Origin: an uncultured Thermococci archaeon
GTDB taxonomy: Archaea; Methanobacteriota_B; Thermococci; Thermococcales; Thermococcaceae
Length of the DNA: 37,942 nt
Reading direction: 5' to 3'
Assembly (NCBI GenBank): GCA_964615185.1
Contig: CAZTOS010000013.1
Location: 1 to 37,942, forward strand
Shown piece by piece: positions 8,851 through 18,118 of the stretch; position 1 is the first letter of the stretch, and every line of letters starts with the position of its first letter. The notes under the pieces were generated by a model. That model was not told the origin of the DNA, did not search any database, and saw only the letters and a list, made by a program, of their open reading frames with translations. The translations under genes and the position numbers were made by a program.

Positions 8851-9515
8851 TGTCTTCTCGTCTTCTTGATGCATATCATGATTTGAAATATCTGCTGAAC
8901 AGAGGTTATCGAAAGAGCACGGCATTGAATTTTGTTGCCAATCATTACAAACTAAGGAAAATGGAGAGATATTTTTTAGCGAGATGCATTTTTAGCGACA
9001 AAGAAATAGAAAACAGGCAAAAAAAGAAAAGGTCAGTTGAATTTATAAGAGACAAGACCTTAGCAGTTGATGGGTTCAATGTTCTGATAACTTTGGAATC
9101 CGTTCTTGAGAGGAAGGCAATCCTTTGTGAAGATGGATTTGTTAGGGATTTGAAATATCAGAGGGGGTACAAAATTAATGAAAAAACTGAGAAGGTGCTA
9201 TCTCTCCTCTTGGAATTTTTATCTAAGTTTAACCCAAAAGAGGTCATATTTTTTTATGACAAACCTGTGAGCAAAAGTGGAAAGATTGCAAAGCTTACAA
9301 ATGAAGTTATGGGCAAAGTGGGTCTTTCTGGAGTGGCTAAAGTTGTAGAATCCCCTGATTTTAGGCTTAAAAAATTTAAAATAGTTGCAACTTCAGATTT
9401 TGCTGTGATTGACAGCGTGGAGTACGCTGTGGATGTTCCGCAGGAATATGCACTGAAAAAAGGGATTAAAATAGAGACGTTCAGAGAAATATTGAAGAAG
9501 TCCGGGTCTCCCTAA
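8850..9515 (+). CDS. DUF434 domain (PIN/NYN-like) protein
   Basis: DLKYLLNRGY, VDGFNVLITLE, DGFVRD, VATSD. Confidence 0.8.
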   Translation: MSSRLLDAYHDLKYLLNRGYRKSTALNFVANHYKLRKMERYFLARCIFSDKEIENRQKKKRSVEFIRDKTLAVDGFNVLITLESVLERKAILCEDGFVRDLKYQRGYKINEKTEKVLSLLLEFLSKFNPKEVIFFYDKPVSKSGKIAKLTNEVMGKVGLSGVAKVVESPDFRLKKFKIVATSDFAVIDSVEYAVDVPQEYALKKGIKIETFREILKKSGSP

Positions 9516-9642
9516 TTGTCCTTGGTTTGTTTATTAATTCAAACAGTTGCCCACCATATATCCTCTCGTTCCATTTGGGATATATGTTTGTACCAAACTT
9601 ACATAGACGCTTTATCATTTCCAAGAATCATTGTGGATGTTG

Positions 9643-9861
9643 TCATTGACACCCTCTCAACCGATAGTGTCGACGGTTATTGGCATTGATATAGTACACC
9701 TCTATCACATTATCTTTAACGAGGTTTCTCAATACTCTCTCAACTTTTTGACGTGTACAATCAATACCCATCTCATTAAGCCTCCTCGTGAGAATGGCAA
9801 CTGTTGAATGTCCCTCTCTCTTCAAAATGTTGATGATTTCCTCTCTTATATCATGCTTCAT
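9643..9861 (-). CDS. Small winged-helix DNA-binding protein
   Basis: IINILKREG...CTRQKVERVLRNLVKDNVIEV wHTH pattern; AAGGTGAG RBS. Confidence 0.7.
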   Translation of the reverse strand: MKHDIREEIINILKREGHSTVAILTRRLNEMGIDCTRQKVERVLRNLVKDNVIEVYYINANNRRHYRLRGCQ

Positions 9862-10195
9862 ATTACTCACCTTACAGTATTGTTGTGCGCTTATACTATA
9901 AATACTTTCCTAAAAAGTTTGATTTTTGGAAAATCGAAGATTTTATGGTATAACGCACAGAAAAAAGAGCTACACATTTTTTATTCCTATTGAATCTTCT
10001 ATTTTCAAATGTAGTTGTTTGGAGAATTTTTTAATTTTTAGAAAATTTACAACATGATGTAACATTCTCACCCTACTTCCATGAAAATCAAACAAGTTAC
10101 ACACCATAATGTGAGGAGTAATGTTAGAAAAACCAATAATTCGAATTATTTGAAATCCGGCAATGAAAACCTTTTAAATCTGGAGCCCAGGGATT

Positions 10196-10271
10196 TGGTA
10201 GCCCCGCGGGGATTCGAACCCCGGTCGCGGGATCCAGAGTCCCGCATGCTTGGCCGCTACACCACGGGGCT
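10196..10271 (-). tRNA. tRNA-Gln(CTG)
   Basis: AGCCCCG/CGGGGCT acceptor stem (A1-U72), CGGGA-CT-CTG-GA-TCCCG anticodon arm, GGTTCGAATCC, encoded CCA. Confidence 0.97.
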
Positions 10272-10388
10272 GTGCCCATGAACATTCATACGATGAAGGT
10301 TTTTAAATTTTATCCCTTTCTTAGGTTTTTGTGTCTCTTTATGTAAAAATTTATATCCCTTTCTTGTGTACTCCCTACGGGGGTCTCA

Positions 10389-10647
10389 ATGGACTTTGCC
10401 CCTCTTTATGGAAAGATACGGCTACAAGATCCTGTTGCTGATTGTTGGCGCCGCTATACTTGCAATCATTCTCACGCCTTTTGTAATGACTTTCTGGGCC
10501 TTTAGTAGCGGTGGTATTGTGGCTGCAGTTATCGCGGTAATAGTGTTCGCAATAGGCATTTCATTGATGGTCGTTCCGAAGTTCTGGAATTTTGCTGATA
10601 AGATGAGACAGACCCACATTATTGAAGACTGGAATGAAAAAGAGTGA
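10389..10647 (+). CDS. Small two-TM membrane protein (possible +1 frameshift near the start, or start at 10408)
   Basis: Two hydrophobic helices. ATG 10389 follows a GGGGG RBS but is one base out of frame across a C4 run (10399-10402). Confidence 0.6.
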
Positions 10648-10862
10648 GACTTTAGGGTTGCATGTCCCCCCCAAGTCAGCAAATCGGGGAATGTTTTAAC
10701 TCAAAAATCATCATTTAGGTGCAGTTCTACTTCTTTTTAACACCTAAAGGGCATTATATTCACAGCTAAACCCTGCAAACTGGCAATGGATGGTAAAACC
10801 ACTCAAGAATTGAGCTTCTTAGAAAGAACATACTTTGATCAAACTTCGCGAAGTTTGTTACG

Positions 10863-11744
10863 ATGGCGGGCCGGGCGGGATTCGAACCCGCGACCACCGG
10901 GTTAAAAGCCCGCCTTGAGAGAGGTGTACATCTCGTTTGGAGTCACCATAAGGAGCAGTTTTGGGAATGGCTTTCTGAGAGAGTAGAAAAGCATGAACTA
11001 ACGTTAAAGACTGCCAAAAGCTACTACTCACAACTTGAAAGATTCTTCAAGAGGCACAAGATATACAGTCGCCGTGAGCTCAGAGATGCATACGAGGCGA
11101 CTGGAAAGAACAAACACCTCGGAAATGCCTTGAGGAATTTCTTCAACTTCTTAGAAGACAAAGAAATCATAAGCTCAGCAGAAGCATTTGAGTGGAAGCA
11201 GTTCATAAAGCTCAAGAAGAGCAACGTGAGGGAGGTCTTCATAACTGATGAGGAGATAATAGAGGCATATGAAGCAATAAGGAAAAAGTACGGCGAGCTT
11301 GGAGAGCTTGTCTTCAAGGTGACGTACTTTACAGGGCTGAGATTGACTCATGTTGTTGAGTTCCTCAACAACTTTGATCTCTTCGAAATGTATGTTGTCA
11401 ACGACAAGGTTGCTCGTTTCTCAATAAGTAAAGTTGCCAAGGGAACAAAGCCCGCTTTTGTTGCTTACATGCCTCGGGAACTTGCCGAGAACCTTTATCC
11501 AGTAAAAATTACATATGATATGGCGAAGAACAGAACAAGATACAAGAGGGTCAGCGTAAATTCACTTAGAAAGTGGTTCTATACGCTTTTTGCAAAGCAT
11601 GGTGTTAGAGATAGTGTCATTGACTTTATCCAGGGTAGAGGAGCGATAAAAATAGGAACCAAGGTATATCTGCAGAAACTCATCTTGGCTGATGAGGCTT
11701 ATTCTCGTGTTGTTGATGAATTAAAGAATGTGTTGGAGGGGTGA
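10863..11744 (+). CDS. Tyrosine integrase C-terminal fragment (intC), SSV1/pT26-2 type
   Basis: Begins inside att. Catalytic motifs TGLRLTH, KGTK, SLRKWF, DFIQGR, KVYL. Confidence 0.93.
   Translation: MAGRAGFEPATTGLKARLERGVHLVWSHHKEQFWEWLSERVEKHELTLKTAKSYYSQLERFFKRHKIYSRRELRDAYEATGKNKHLGNALRNFFNFLEDKEIISSAEAFEWKQFIKLKKSNVREVFITDEEIIEAYEAIRKKYGELGELVFKVTYFTGLRLTHVVEFLNNFDLFEMYVVNDKVARFSISKVAKGTKPAFVAYMPRELAENLYPVKITYDMAKNRTRYKRVSVNSLRKWFYTLFAKHGVRDSVIDFIQGRGAIKIGTKVYLQKLILADEAYSRVVDELKNVLEG
10864..10912 (-). repeat. att site: 3' half of tRNA-Lys(TTT)
   Basis: Minus strand reads CGGGCTTTTAACCCGGTGGTCGCGGGTTCGAATCCCGCCCGGCCCGCCA (anticodon loop to CCA); no D-arm or 5' half. Confidence 0.92.
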
Positions 11745-11747
11745 AAA

Positions 11748-11858
11748 ATGCTTGTGGAGTTTTTGCTCCTCCTCTTCGGGTTTTTGTTTGGCTTTGTTAT
11801 TGGAGATGCGCACGGTTATCTCGACGGTTTAAGGGAGGTGAGCGGGTGGAAAAGATAG
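11748..11858 (+). CDS. 36-aa single-TM peptide
   Basis: MLVEFLLLLFGFLFGFVIGDAHGYLDGLREVSGWKR; GGAGGGGTG RBS; below the ORF-track cutoff. Confidence 0.5.
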   Translation: MLVEFLLLLFGFLFGFVIGDAHGYLDGLREVSGWKR

Positions 11859-12034
11859 TCTCAATTAGAGGAATTGCGAGAAAGTATGGCCTCAATCATA
11901 TGCGCGTATGGCGCCTGTTCAACTTATACTGTTCTATCTATGGTGATGACCCTCGATATGTCATTATAGATGCCGATGGTAGGCGAAAACCAACGAAGAG
12001 ATTCGAGAAATTCGTGAAAAAAGCCCTTCTGTGA
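11846..12034 (+). CDS. Small HTH DNA-binding protein
   Basis: GGAGGTGA RBS before GTG 11846; SIRGIARKYGLNHMRVWRL HTH. Confidence 0.75.
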   Translation: MEKIVSIRGIARKYGLNHMRVWRLFNLYCSIYGDDPRYVIIDADGRRKPTKRFEKFVKKALL

Positions 12035-12041
12035 TTTCTCC

Positions 12042-12063
12042 TGTTACACTGTATTTAAGGCAT
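12042..12063 (+). promoter_or_regulatory. Promoter of the structural operon (TGTnACAnTGT box plus TATA)
   Basis: TGTTACACTGTATTTAAGGCAT; 18/22 identical to 26167-26188. Confidence 0.5.
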
Positions 12064-12153
12064 TTTTTGATGAATTCTATTCTTGAAGAACCCGTTTAGC
12101 TCAAATCACTTCTTTCGTTGTTTGAATCAAAAGAGTGACCTCCGCGGAGGGAT

Positions 12154-13962
12154 GTGGATGTGATTCGGAAAAAGCTGGTTGACCTGGTAGTGATAGCTCT
12201 GTTCTTGCTGGCGACGGCAGGGGCCGCGAGCGCGGCGAGCCTCGATTTGCCGAAGTGGGTCATCGTTCCAGAGGACAGCAGTTTTTCAGACGTGACGCTG
12301 TTCTGTGGGCTTGACGCGTATGATGCGAGCACGAACACGACGCCGTGCTACTATCAAGGAAATCTAACAAATGCGCAGATAACATTTGACAATGGATATC
12401 CTAAATTGGTTCAGGGCAAAATTGGGAATGCGTTTGAGTTCGGACAAGGCACAAACTCATATGTGACTCTTCAAGGGAATGACATGACCTTGACTGAAGC
12501 GACAATCGTCGGCTGGATATACCCCGAGGCATCTGTAGATGGAGATTCATATCAGAGTGCAATTCTCGACGTCTTTGAAAATGGAGGCAGTAATTTCATC
12601 ATACTGTACTGGCGTGGTAGTGGGTTCAACTTCGTTGTTTACAATAGCACAACCTATTCCCCATGGGTTTTGACACCAGCAGACCCGGGCAAGTGGTACT
12701 TTGTTGTCGGGATTTTCGATAGAGGGGTAATAAGGATGCTCGTGTATGACAAGAGTGGCAAACTCATTGACAAGGTTGCGAGTGCTGATTTCACAGAGGT
12801 GCAAATAAGCAACCCGACGCTAAGGATTGGGGCACAAATTCGTTCAGGTGTGTCAACAGCGCCTGTCAAGATTGACGAGGTGCGCTTCTACACGAGAGTT
12901 CTGAGCGACGACGAAATCAAGCTCCTCTACCTCGCCGGCCGCAAGAAGCTCTCCGAGCCCGCCAACTTCCGCCAGATCTTCAGCCCCATGATTGACTTGA
13001 CAAGAGATAAAACGACCTTCTACGCCGGCCTCGAAGTCAGCACGAGCGACCCCTCGGGCTACGTGCCCGTGCCCGAGAGCGCCGTGAACATGAGCATTAC
13101 CACTGCTGAAAAGCTCAAGAGCGATTATACTGGCCATGATTTCTATTATCAAGGCCACTACTGGTACAGGGCAGACAAAATCCAGTTCAATCTGCCGATT
13201 CAGTTCGAGACTCTCCGTGAGAAGAACTCTTTTGCAAAAGAAATCCTTCTTGATGATGACAGCAAGACCTTCATTTATGAAAAAGAATTCAGAGTCACTA
13301 ACCCAACCGCAACCAAGATAAACGTTCTCTACACAGTTGATCCAACCACACTCGGCTTCTCCGTGCTCCAATATCCACAATTCGAATTGGACGGCGTTCC
13401 CATGGCAGAATGGCGCCCCTCAAACAGCACAAGCCTTTACCTCATTAGAACAGACTCACTCGAGCCTGGCGAAATCAGCACACACTGGATGAAGAGCATC
13501 TGGACCATCACAAAGGAGGAGCTTGAGTTCCCTGCTAAGCTCGACGATTTCAGGAGCATCACAACATTTGAGCAGGCAAGAAAGCTCGCCGAGAACGCCA
13601 TTGAGGGCAAGACTGACACATACGTCAAGGTCATCAAGATTGACAGCAACGCTGACGTGAGCAACGTCACTATTCTCGTCCCGCTCAAGGATGTTGAGGA
13701 CAAGAATGACGTTATCGAAGCCGTTGCCTTGACGGGAAGCAGAGAAACCCTTCAAGTCGAGGAGCTTCCAGACGGCAAGATTGTCGTCAAGGTTCCGAGT
13801 GAGGCTTTTGTCTCTGGACATGCAGAAATCAAGGTTCTCTACAACAAGGAGGGCAAGAGCGGAATATTCGCGATTATCTCAAAGATTCTTGCCAAAATTA
13901 AGGAGCTTTTGAGAAAGTTGGGCCTTGGTGGTTTGATTTTTTGGCCCGTTAGCCATGCCTAA
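12154..13962 (+). CDS. Secreted protein with LamG/concanavalin A-like domain
   Basis: Signal peptide; TIVGWIYP, GKWYFVVGIFD, LRIG, KIDEVRFYTRVLSDDEI; C-terminal amphipathic helix. Confidence 0.85.
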   Translation: MDVIRKKLVDLVVIALFLLATAGAASAASLDLPKWVIVPEDSSFSDVTLFCGLDAYDASTNTTPCYYQGNLTNAQITFDNGYPKLVQGKIGNAFEFGQGTNSYVTLQGNDMTLTEATIVGWIYPEASVDGDSYQSAILDVFENGGSNFIILYWRGSGFNFVVYNSTTYSPWVLTPADPGKWYFVVGIFDRGVIRMLVYDKSGKLIDKVASADFTEVQISNPTLRIGAQIRSGVSTAPVKIDEVRFYTRVLSDDEIKLLYLAGRKKLSEPANFRQIFSPMIDLTRDKTTFYAGLEVSTSDPSGYVPVPESAVNMSITTAEKLKSDYTGHDFYYQGHYWYRADKIQFNLPIQFETLREKNSFAKEILLDDDSKTFIYEKEFRVTNPTATKINVLYTVDPTTLGFSVLQYPQFELDGVPMAEWRPSNSTSLYLIRTDSLEPGEISTHWMKSIWTITKEELEFPAKLDDFRSITTFEQARKLAENAIEGKTDTYVKVIKIDSNADVSNVTILVPLKDVEDKNDVIEAVALTGSRETLQVEELPDGKIVVKVPSEAFVSGHAEIKVLYNKEGKSGIFAIISKILAKIKELLRKLGLGGLIFWPVSHA

Positions 13963-13986
13963 TGCATATTTGGAGGTTGGGAGACC

Positions 13987-15333
13987 ATGTTTGGGAAGTT
14001 GAGAAAACTATCCGTTTTGGTTTTGGTTTTTGTGTTAGTAGCTTCAGTGGCAGTAGTCAGGGCAGCGACTATCAGCGAAAATTGGGTCAGTGGTGCAGCA
14101 ACTGAGTTCGGTACTGAGATTGTTCTTGGCGTTCCAGCAACACTGAACCTGACAATAGTTTCTTCAGATGGAGACCCATTTACTCCAAGCAACTTCCCCA
14201 ACGCTGATTCAGTAACTGTGACAGGAAAATTTGTTGACGACTACGGAAACGCTCTCGATGTCAACGGGGATGGGACGACTGATGTCTTCAGCTTCACGGA
14301 GTCTGCAACCACTCCAGGCCTCTGGTCAGCGACAATAAACGTCACAAGCCTTGAGCCTGGCATTTACACATTCAGAATTGAGGCAATTGCACAGAACACA
14401 ACTACGGGCGAAATCTTCGATAATGCAACACTTGAGGAGGACATCTATGTCGGTGGTGGGAAGTATTGGGTTCTCAAGGCTGGCGTGAAGGACGGCGATG
14501 AGATTAAGATCGGATCACTTAGCATAAAGATCGCCAGCCTTAGCGACATTGGTGCAATTCTTGACTTTGGAAACTTAAGCACAAAGACAATAACAGACAG
14601 CAACCAAGATGGCTGGTTTGCCACACTCGTTGATGTCAACGCTGATGGCACAAACGACAGCTGGATGGTCTTCTCAAAGGACGCAGACTCTGACACTTAT
14701 ACTGTAATGTTCTATTCAAACAGCCTTGACCTCACAAGCCTCGTTGAGGCTGACGAGGATATAGTGAGGGCAAAAGATGGTGGCTTACTGTATGAAAACC
14801 AAATTCTCAAGGATCACCACAACTACAAGGCTTATGTCGTGTGGGACAACGGCTTCTTTAGCTGGTTCCATGCAACTGATTACTATATCATTCCACTCCA
14901 AGGATATGAGCACTGGAAAGAGGGATGGGGACAAGCAAGGACGATGGACGTTAAGATCATCAAGAGGGAAAGCTACTTCGGTGGACTGATTACAAAGGAC
15001 AAGAAGGTCTTTGAGGGACCGATCTTCAACAGAAATGTCGAAGTTGACAATCTCTTCAACATCAGAGGTAAATGGCTCCACAACATGTGGAATTCTCAAT
15101 ACAGAAGCATGTGGGAGATTTTGTATGGTAAAGCGGACATTAAGCTTCCAAAGGGCTACGAACTGAGAGAGGCAAATGTCAGGGATCTTGCAACAACATC
15201 AAGCCCTGAGCTCTGGAGGGGAGGCCACAACCCACTGCTCAACCCATCAAAGCTTAGCTTCGGTGACCAGATCGACTGGAGCTCGATCTTGAACTTTGAA
15301 CCAACAGATGGGAGCTCTGAAGAGAGCTCTTGA
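13987..15333 (+). CDS. Secreted beta-rich protein with DxNxDG Ca-binding loops (paralog A)
   Basis: Signal peptide, Ig-like LEPGIYTF segment, DVNGDG and DVNADG. Aligns along its length with 26322-27656. Confidence 0.85.
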   Translation: MFGKLRKLSVLVLVFVLVASVAVVRAATISENWVSGAATEFGTEIVLGVPATLNLTIVSSDGDPFTPSNFPNADSVTVTGKFVDDYGNALDVNGDGTTDVFSFTESATTPGLWSATINVTSLEPGIYTFRIEAIAQNTTTGEIFDNATLEEDIYVGGGKYWVLKAGVKDGDEIKIGSLSIKIASLSDIGAILDFGNLSTKTITDSNQDGWFATLVDVNADGTNDSWMVFSKDADSDTYTVMFYSNSLDLTSLVEADEDIVRAKDGGLLYENQILKDHHNYKAYVVWDNGFFSWFHATDYYIIPLQGYEHWKEGWGQARTMDVKIIKRESYFGGLITKDKKVFEGPIFNRNVEVDNLFNIRGKWLHNMWNSQYRSMWEILYGKADIKLPKGYELREANVRDLATTSSPELWRGGHNPLLNPSKLSFGDQIDWSSILNFEPTDGSSEESS

Positions 15334-15347
15334 AGGGGGCTGATCAA

Positions 15348-16922
15348 ATGAGGCCCCTTTCAGCGCTCTTCATTATTTCAGTGTTGCTTTTTTCAACTTT
15401 CAGCGTTGCAGTAGCTGACAGTATCGACAGCAACGTCACTGATTCTTCCAAGTTCGATGTTCCTTCTTTGACTCTTTCTGACATTGCAAATAAAATCGTC
15501 ATTGCAATCAAGAAATTGCGCTATGAAACGCCAGCTGGCATGATTGAAACCAATACGGGCATCTATGTTGATGAGAACTTTTGGGAGTGGGTTACTGGTT
15601 CAATTCAAGCCTCGGCTAACTTGACAGAAACAGCTCTTCAATGGCTTGAGACTTTCAAGCAGAAGGTTCAAAATGACGAGGAAATTCAGTGGATCGTTAT
15701 CACTTGGACAAAGCCGAATGAAAGGCTTGTCCAAGCCCTTGAAGCAATTGGAATGAAAGTCATTTATACTGACGATGGAATAAACGCTGTTTCAGTACTT
15801 GCAAAGCCGAGCATCATCAAAAACCTTGTTTACAGCCAGGCTTTTGACTTTGAATATCGCTTTTACATCAAGGAAGTCTGGCCAGACCTCTACGTGACAA
15901 ATGGCCCAACTTTTGTTGAGAGCACTGAAGCAACATTCCTCCAGGGCAATATTACACCCGAAATGGTGGCAAATGCAAACTGGAACATCAAGCTGATAAA
16001 AGCAGATTTGGCTTGGAGCAAGAAGGGCATCACTGGAAAGGGAGTTACAATCGCTGTTGTAGATACTGGCGTTGACTGCAATCACGTAATGCTTCAAGGA
16101 GCCTGTGTTGGAGTTGCAAACTTCGTTCCCAACGAGCCTTCAGACGACCTCAATGGTCACGGAACTCATGTGGCCTCAATAGCTGCAGGAAGACCAGTCA
16201 AGGCAACTGTGGACGGTCAAGTTGTCTATGTCAGCGGAGTGGCTCCTGAGGCAGATGTCCTCGCAGTCAAAGTTCTTGGAAAAGATGGCTCTGGAAGCAT
16301 GACCCAAATCATCCAAGGCCTTGACTACGTTATCGAATGGCACAAGAAGCACCCTGATGAGCCTATTGTTGTCTCAATGTCTCTTGGAAGCCCATTCGGC
16401 TCACCACGTGATCCAATGGTTCAGAAGGTTAATCAACTGGTCTTTGAGGAGCACATTCCAGTAGTAGTCGCAGCTGGAAATGAGTTCATTGTTATTGACA
16501 GCCCTGGCATTGCCGAGGGGGCCATAACTGTGGCTGCAGTTGACAGGGACAAGAAGGTTGCAAGCTTTTCAGGCAAGGGTCCAGGTTGGAATTTCCTCAA
16601 GGACATCAAGCCGAACATAGCAGCTCCAGGGGTAAAAATCGTGGCTGCGAGGGCTGGAACCTCAAACGGTCTTATTGCTATGAGTGGAACCTCAATGGCA
16701 ACTCCTCACGTTTCTGGAGTTGTGGCCTTGATCCTCCAGGAGCATGGGGATCTTACACCTGAGACTGTTAGGCTCATCTTGGTTCAGACAGCTATGCCAT
16801 TGGACTCAATAAATGCATTGCCAACATGGTCAGGAGCTGGCTTGGTTGATGCTTATGCAGCCGTAACTGCTGAGAAGCCGAAAGAATCAATTTGGGATCT
16901 GCTCAGGAGGGTCTTCAGATGA
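15348..16922 (+). CDS. Secreted subtilisin-like (S8) serine protease
   Basis: Signal peptide and long prodomain. Triad IAVVDTG / HGTHVA / GTSMATPHV, oxyanion AAGN. Confidence 0.96.
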   Translation: MRPLSALFIISVLLFSTFSVAVADSIDSNVTDSSKFDVPSLTLSDIANKIVIAIKKLRYETPAGMIETNTGIYVDENFWEWVTGSIQASANLTETALQWLETFKQKVQNDEEIQWIVITWTKPNERLVQALEAIGMKVIYTDDGINAVSVLAKPSIIKNLVYSQAFDFEYRFYIKEVWPDLYVTNGPTFVESTEATFLQGNITPEMVANANWNIKLIKADLAWSKKGITGKGVTIAVVDTGVDCNHVMLQGACVGVANFVPNEPSDDLNGHGTHVASIAAGRPVKATVDGQVVYVSGVAPEADVLAVKVLGKDGSGSMTQIIQGLDYVIEWHKKHPDEPIVVSMSLGSPFGSPRDPMVQKVNQLVFEEHIPVVVAAGNEFIVIDSPGIAEGAITVAAVDRDKKVASFSGKGPGWNFLKDIKPNIAAPGVKIVAARAGTSNGLIAMSGTSMATPHVSGVVALILQEHGDLTPETVRLILVQTAMPLDSINALPTWSGAGLVDAYAAVTAEKPKESIWDLLRRVFR

Positions 16923-17065
16923 TCAAGAAGTTCATTATCTTCCTCATAATCATCTTGTTATTTACAATAATGCTCGTTGGCTTCGACGAGTTCCTCAGAA
17001 ACGTTGTTATGGCAATTACAATTGCGTTAGTCCTCAAACTTGTTGATGAGTATGTGGAGGATTAG
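16919..17065 (+). CDS. 48-aa hydrophobic protein
   Basis: ATGA overlap with the protease stop; MIKKFIIFLIIILLFTIMLVG... Confidence 0.65.
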   Translation: MIKKFIIFLIIILLFTIMLVGFDEFLRNVVMAITIALVLKLVDEYVED

Positions 17066-17076
17066 GAGGTAACATT

Positions 17077-17334
17077 ATGTGGGGTTTGGAAAATTTGCCC
17101 TTTCCAGTGAAACTCATCATCGCAATAATTTTCGACATAATAGACGCTCTGAACATGATTCCAACTGCAGGAGACGTTGTGGAGACTCCAATTAACGCAT
17201 TTATTGCCTACGTGCTGACTGATAATCCAATCGCAGCACTCGCAAATGGCGTTGATGGAATACTTCCAGCACCAATCGATGTCCTTCCAACTGCAACTGC
17301 AATGGTGATTGCGGACCACATGGGGTGGATCTAA
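17077..17334 (+). CDS. 85-aa hydrophobic protein with IPxxGD and DVLPTAT motifs
   Basis: GGAGGT RBS; hydrophobic helices with embedded Asp and Pro residues. Confidence 0.8.
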   Translation: MWGLENLPFPVKLIIAIIFDIIDALNMIPTAGDVVETPINAFIAYVLTDNPIAALANGVDGILPAPIDVLPTATAMVIADHMGWI

Positions 17335-17353
17335 AGGAGGTGGTAATGTGGAC

Positions 17354-17686
17354 ATGTCACTTCCAAGTTTGATGATCTCTCCAATCTTTGCAAAATTTGA
17401 CCTCTTCGACGTAATGAGTCTGTTCATGGCTTTACTCGTTTGGGGTATAGCAATATTCATTATGATACACTATGACGGCGACTGGAACAGCTTCATCTGG
17501 TACATTATCAACGAGATTATCGTCGGCATTGGTTTCTTGCTCTTCATAATTCCAGGCATTGTGCTGTTAGTAATTTGGGCAAAAAGGGCAGGAATAGCCG
17601 TTGCACTACTCGGTACATTCTTGGGAGTCATTGGCGCGGCAATAGGCTCTTCCTTCGGTTACGAAAGCGAGGGATTTCTGAGCTGA
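17354..17686 (+). CDS. Small multi-TM membrane protein
   Basis: GGAGGTGG RBS; 3-4 TM segments; weak similarity to 27646-28077. Confidence 0.75.
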   Translation: MSLPSLMISPIFAKFDLFDVMSLFMALLVWGIAIFIMIHYDGDWNSFIWYIINEIIVGIGFLLFIIPGIVLLVIWAKRAGIAVALLGTFLGVIGAAIGSSFGYESEGFLS

Positions 17687-17725
17687 AGCTCCGCTAATTT
17701 TCATTTTTAACCAAGAGGTGAGAAA

Positions 17726-18118
17726 ATGAGCTTGATTCCTATCATCATACTCACAGGAATAATAGTCTTCGGGCTTGCAACAATGTGGTATAGCTCTGGC
17801 GAGGCTGCGTTTTTCATCAGCCTAATCATAATTGGACTACTGTTTCTTTGGGATCTCTCAAGCAATCAGGGACAACTTATGATGAGTCCAATCATCAGCA
17901 TTGGTGGCTGGCTTGGCATAAGACTCTGGACAGCACTCCTCATTTATATGACACTCTTAGGTGGTTACGTCTTTGGAACGATCGGGAAGGCAATAGTAAT
18001 TCTGGTATTTCTACTAATAATTCTGCATACTTTTGGAGTGCTTGAACCAATCAAGGAGGGAAACCTGAGCGCTCTCAAAGACGCTCTCAAAGAGATCATT
18101 CAAATCGGAGGTGGGTGA
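17726..18118 (+). CDS. Membrane protein (about 4 TM)
   Basis: GAGGTGAG RBS; hydrophobic ORF in the operon. Confidence 0.8.
   Translation: MSLIPIIILTGIIVFGLATMWYSSGEAAFFISLIIIGLLFLWDLSSNQGQLMMSPIISIGGWLGIRLWTALLIYMTLLGGYVFGTIGKAIVILVFLLIILHTFGVLEPIKEGNLSALKDALKEIIQIGGG

Noticed and set aside
10081..10281. Possible intN fragment at tRNA-Gln
   Set aside because: No RBS, low-complexity AT-rich translation and no RHH-like segment; the GFEP peptide arises from any antisense tRNA.
10864..10930. Complete tRNA-Lys gene
   Set aside because: Only the anticodon loop to CCA is present; no D-arm or 5' acceptor strand. It is an att duplication.
13987..15333. Fusexin-like fusogen
   Set aside because: No C-terminal TM anchor and no cysteines; only a hydrophobic hairpin is suggestive.
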